DNA from: Squalus acanthias
Taxonomy: Eukaryota
Reading direction: 5' to 3'
Assembly (NCBI GenBank): GCA_030390025.1
Contig: JASTWF010000033.1
Span: 4,776,001 to 4,840,000, forward strand
Length of the DNA: 64,000 bases
A program made the translations under genes and the position numbers. A model generated the notes under the pieces. That model ran no database searches. It had not been told where the DNA came from and saw only the letters and a list, made by a program, of their open reading frames with translations. Numbering within the stretch: position 1 is the first letter of the stretch; every line of letters starts with the position of its first letter. This document shows positions 60,953 to 64,000 of this stretch, one piece after another.

Positions 60953-63030
60953 AGATTCATTCACAGATTCAGACAGCTCCATTCACCGACCCAGAAAGTT
61001 AATTTCAGAGACCTAGATAGCACCATTCACAGACACAGACAGTTCCATTTACAGACACAGACAGCTCCATTCACAGACTCCGAAAGTTCATTTCACAGAT
61101 CCAGACAGCTCCATTCACAGACACAGACAGATCCATTCACAGACTCAGACAGCTTCATTCACAGACCCAGACAACTCCATTCACAAACCCAGACAGCTCC
61201 ATTTACAGACCCAGACAGCTGCATTTACAGACTCAGACAGCTCCATTCACAGACACAGACAGATCCATTCACAGACCCAGACAGCTGCATTTACAGACTC
61301 AGACAGCTCCATTCACAGACCGAGTCAGCTCCATTTACAGACTCTGGCAGCTCCATTCACAGACCCAAACAGCTAGATTTACAGACCCAGACTGCTCCAT
61401 TCAGAGACCCAGACAGCTCCATTCACAGACTCTCGCAGCTCCATTCACAGACATAGACAGCTCCAATCACAGACCCAGACAGCTTCTTTCACAGACCAAG
61501 ACAGCTGCAGTCACTGATCCGAGTCAGCTACATTTACAGACTCTGGCAGCTCCATTCACAGACTCAGAGAGCTCCATTCACAGACCGAGACAGCTCCATT
61601 CACAGACCGAGACAACTCCAATTACAGACTCTGGCAGTTCAATTCACAGACACAGACAGCTCCATTCACAGACCCAGACATCTCCATTCACAGACCCAGA
61701 CATCACTATACACAGACTCAGACAGTTCCATTCACAGACACAGACAGCTCCATTCACAGACCGATACATCTCCATTCTCGGACCAAGACAACACACTTCA
61801 CATACTCAGACAGCTCCATTCACAGACCCAGACAGCTCCATTCACAGTCCCAGACAACTCATTTCACAGACTCAGTCAGCACAATTCACAGACTCAGACA
61901 TCGCCATTAAAAGACCCAGACAGCTGCATTCACAGACTCAGACAGCTCAATTCACAGACCCAGACATCTCCATTAACAGACCCAGACAGCTGCATTCACA
62001 GACTCAGACAGCTCAATTCACAGACCCAGACAGCTCCATTAACAGACCCAAACAGCTCCATTCACAGACTCAGTAAGCTCATTTAACAGACCCAGACAGC
62101 TCCATTCACAGACCGAGACAGCTCATTTCACAGACCCAGACAGCTCCATTCACAGACCGAGATAACTCATTTCACAGAGTCAGACAGCTCCATTCACAGG
62201 CCCAGGCAGCTCCATTCACAGTCTCAGACAGCTCCATTCATAGACCCAGACATCTCCATTCACAGACCCAAACATCACTAGTCACAGTCTCAGACAGCTC
62301 CATTCATAGACCCAGACATCTCCATTCACAGACCCAGACATCACTAATCACAGTCTCAGACAGCTCCATTCATAGACCCAGACATCTCCATTCACAGACC
62401 CAGACATCACTATTCACAGTCCCAGGCAGCTCCATTCACAGTCTCAGACAGCTCCATTCACAGACACCGGCAGTTCCATTCACAGGCCCAGCAGCTCCAT
62501 TCACAGACTCAGACAGCTCCATTCACAGTCCCAGGCAGCTCCATTCACAGTCTCAGACAGCTCCATTCACAGTCCCAGGCAGCTCCATTCACAGTCTCAG
62601 ACAGCACCATTCACAGACTCAGAGAGCTCCATTCACAGACCGAGACAGCTCCATTCACAGACCGAGACAGCTCCATTTACAGACTCTGGCAGTTCAATTC
62701 ACAGACATAGACAGCTCTATTCACAGACACAAACATCTCCATTCACAGACCCAGGCATCACTATACACAGACTCAGACAGCTCCATTCACAGACTCAGAC
62801 AGCTCCATTCACAGACACAGACATCTCCATTCACAGACCCAGACATCACTATACACAGACTCAGACAGCTCCATTCACAGACACAGACAGCTTCATTCAC
62901 AGACCGAGACATCTCCATTCACGGACCAAGACAACTCACTTCACAGACTCAGACAGCTCCATTCACAGACCCAGACAGCTCCGTTCACAGACCCAGACAA
63001 CTCATTTCACAGACTCAGTCAGCACAATTC

Positions 63031-63835
63031 ACGCGGCGAAGAGACTCGAGGTGTTCGGCGCCTTCCCGGATGCTTCTCCTCCACTTTGAGCGGTCTTGGG
63101 CCTGGGATTCCTAGGTGTGGGTTAGGATATTGCACTTTTTCAAGGAGGCTTTGAGGGTGTCCTTGAAGCGTTTCCTCTGTCCACCTGGGGCTCTCTTGCC
63201 GTGTCGGAGCTCCGAGTAGAACCCTTGTGTTGGGAGTCTCGTATTGGGCATGCGGACGACGTGACCTGTCCATCAGAACTGATCGAGCGTGGTCAAAGAT
63301 TCGATGCTGGGGATGTTGGGCTGAGCGAGAACACTGACATTGGTGCGCCTATCCTGCCAATGGATTGACAGGAGGCAGCGTTGGTGGTACCTCTCCAGGG
63401 CTTTGAGCTGCCTGCTGTACATGGTCCATGTCTCTGAAGCATACAGGAGGGCGGGACTCACTACTGCTCTGTAGACCATGAGCTTGTTGCCGGGTTTGAG
63501 GTCCTGATCCTCAAACACTCTGTTGCTCAGGCGATCGAAGGCTGCACTGGCACACTGAAGGCGGTGTTGGATTGCGTCATCGATGTCTGCCCTTGTTGAC
63601 ATAGGCTCCCGAGGTATGGAAAGTGGTCCACGTTGTCCAAAGCCTCGTCGTGGATTTTGATAATCGGGGGGCTGTACAGTGTGGCGGGGGTAGGTTGGTA
63701 GACCACCTTTGCCTTATGGATGTTTATTGTAAGGCCCATACTCTCGTACGATTCGGTGAAGGTGTTGACAATGGTTTCTATTTCGACGTCCGAGTGTGCG
63801 CAGATGCAAGCGTCGTCTGCATACTGCATACTGGC
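63031..63835 (-). mobile_element. RTE-clade LINE RT/C-terminal fragment
   Basis: QYADD, ALDNVDHFPYLGS, KLMVYRAVVSPALLYASETWT, IHWQDRRTNVSVL. Confidence 0.9.
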
Positions 63836-64000
63836 AGAATAGGTGGGTAATTGCAAATGAACCTCAATATGGTGAAGTGTGAGGTGCATTTTAACATGAA
63901 GAATACGGAGGTCACATACTCCTTAGTTCGAAATGGGGTTGAGGGACAGAGGGTGTGAGGGTACAGTTACATAATTCACTAAAAGTTACAATGCAGGTTA
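63836..64000 (+). mobile_element. Old CR1 LINE fragment
   Basis: Matches the CR1 region at 16800-16985 (gaagaatacggaggtcaca...ggggttgagggacagaggg...cactaaaagtt). Confidence 0.7.

Larger units (their letters stand above)
56637..63030 (+). repeat. 22-bp satellite array (~6.4 kb)
   Basis: Unit acagacccagacagctccattc with diverged variants and internal block duplications. Confidence 0.96.

Noticed and set aside
56544..61456. ORFs with QTQTAPFTDPDSSIHRPRQLHS repeats
   Set aside because: Three 22-bp units cycling through all reading frames; a satellite artefact.

Overview
Vertebrate genomic DNA, almost certainly from a cartilaginous fish (shark). This is inferred from the HER1/CR1-type LINE tails, an HE1/V-SINE fragment and the receptor family present. 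Most of the window is interspersed repeats and satellites. The only host gene I can support is a two-exon, minus-strand class A GPCR of the 'GPR139-like' family: a TATA box and exon 1 at 40569-40503, a ~19 kb intron, and exon 2 at 21465-20481. Exon 2 carries a 1-bp frameshift and an in-frame TGA, so the gene appears to be a pseudogene. Mobile elements include many CR1 LINE fragments (one near full length with zinc-finger/esterase ORF1 and APE-RT ORF2, nested in another CR1), two decayed Penelope-like elements (RT + GIY-YIG), L2 and RTE fragments, a solo-LTR-like element and MITE-like elements. Several minimal type I hammerhead ribozyme motifs lie in Penelope-type termini. There are five tandem arrays: a 42-bp array derived from a LINE 3' tail, a 29-bp G-rich array, an 18-bp GC-rich array, a 13-kb 18-bp array containing a 4.63-kb duplication, and a 22-bp array. 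The long ORFs in the ORF track are retroelement remnants or translations of satellites. I found no clearly novel biological system; the most interesting leads are listed as findings, with their basis stated.
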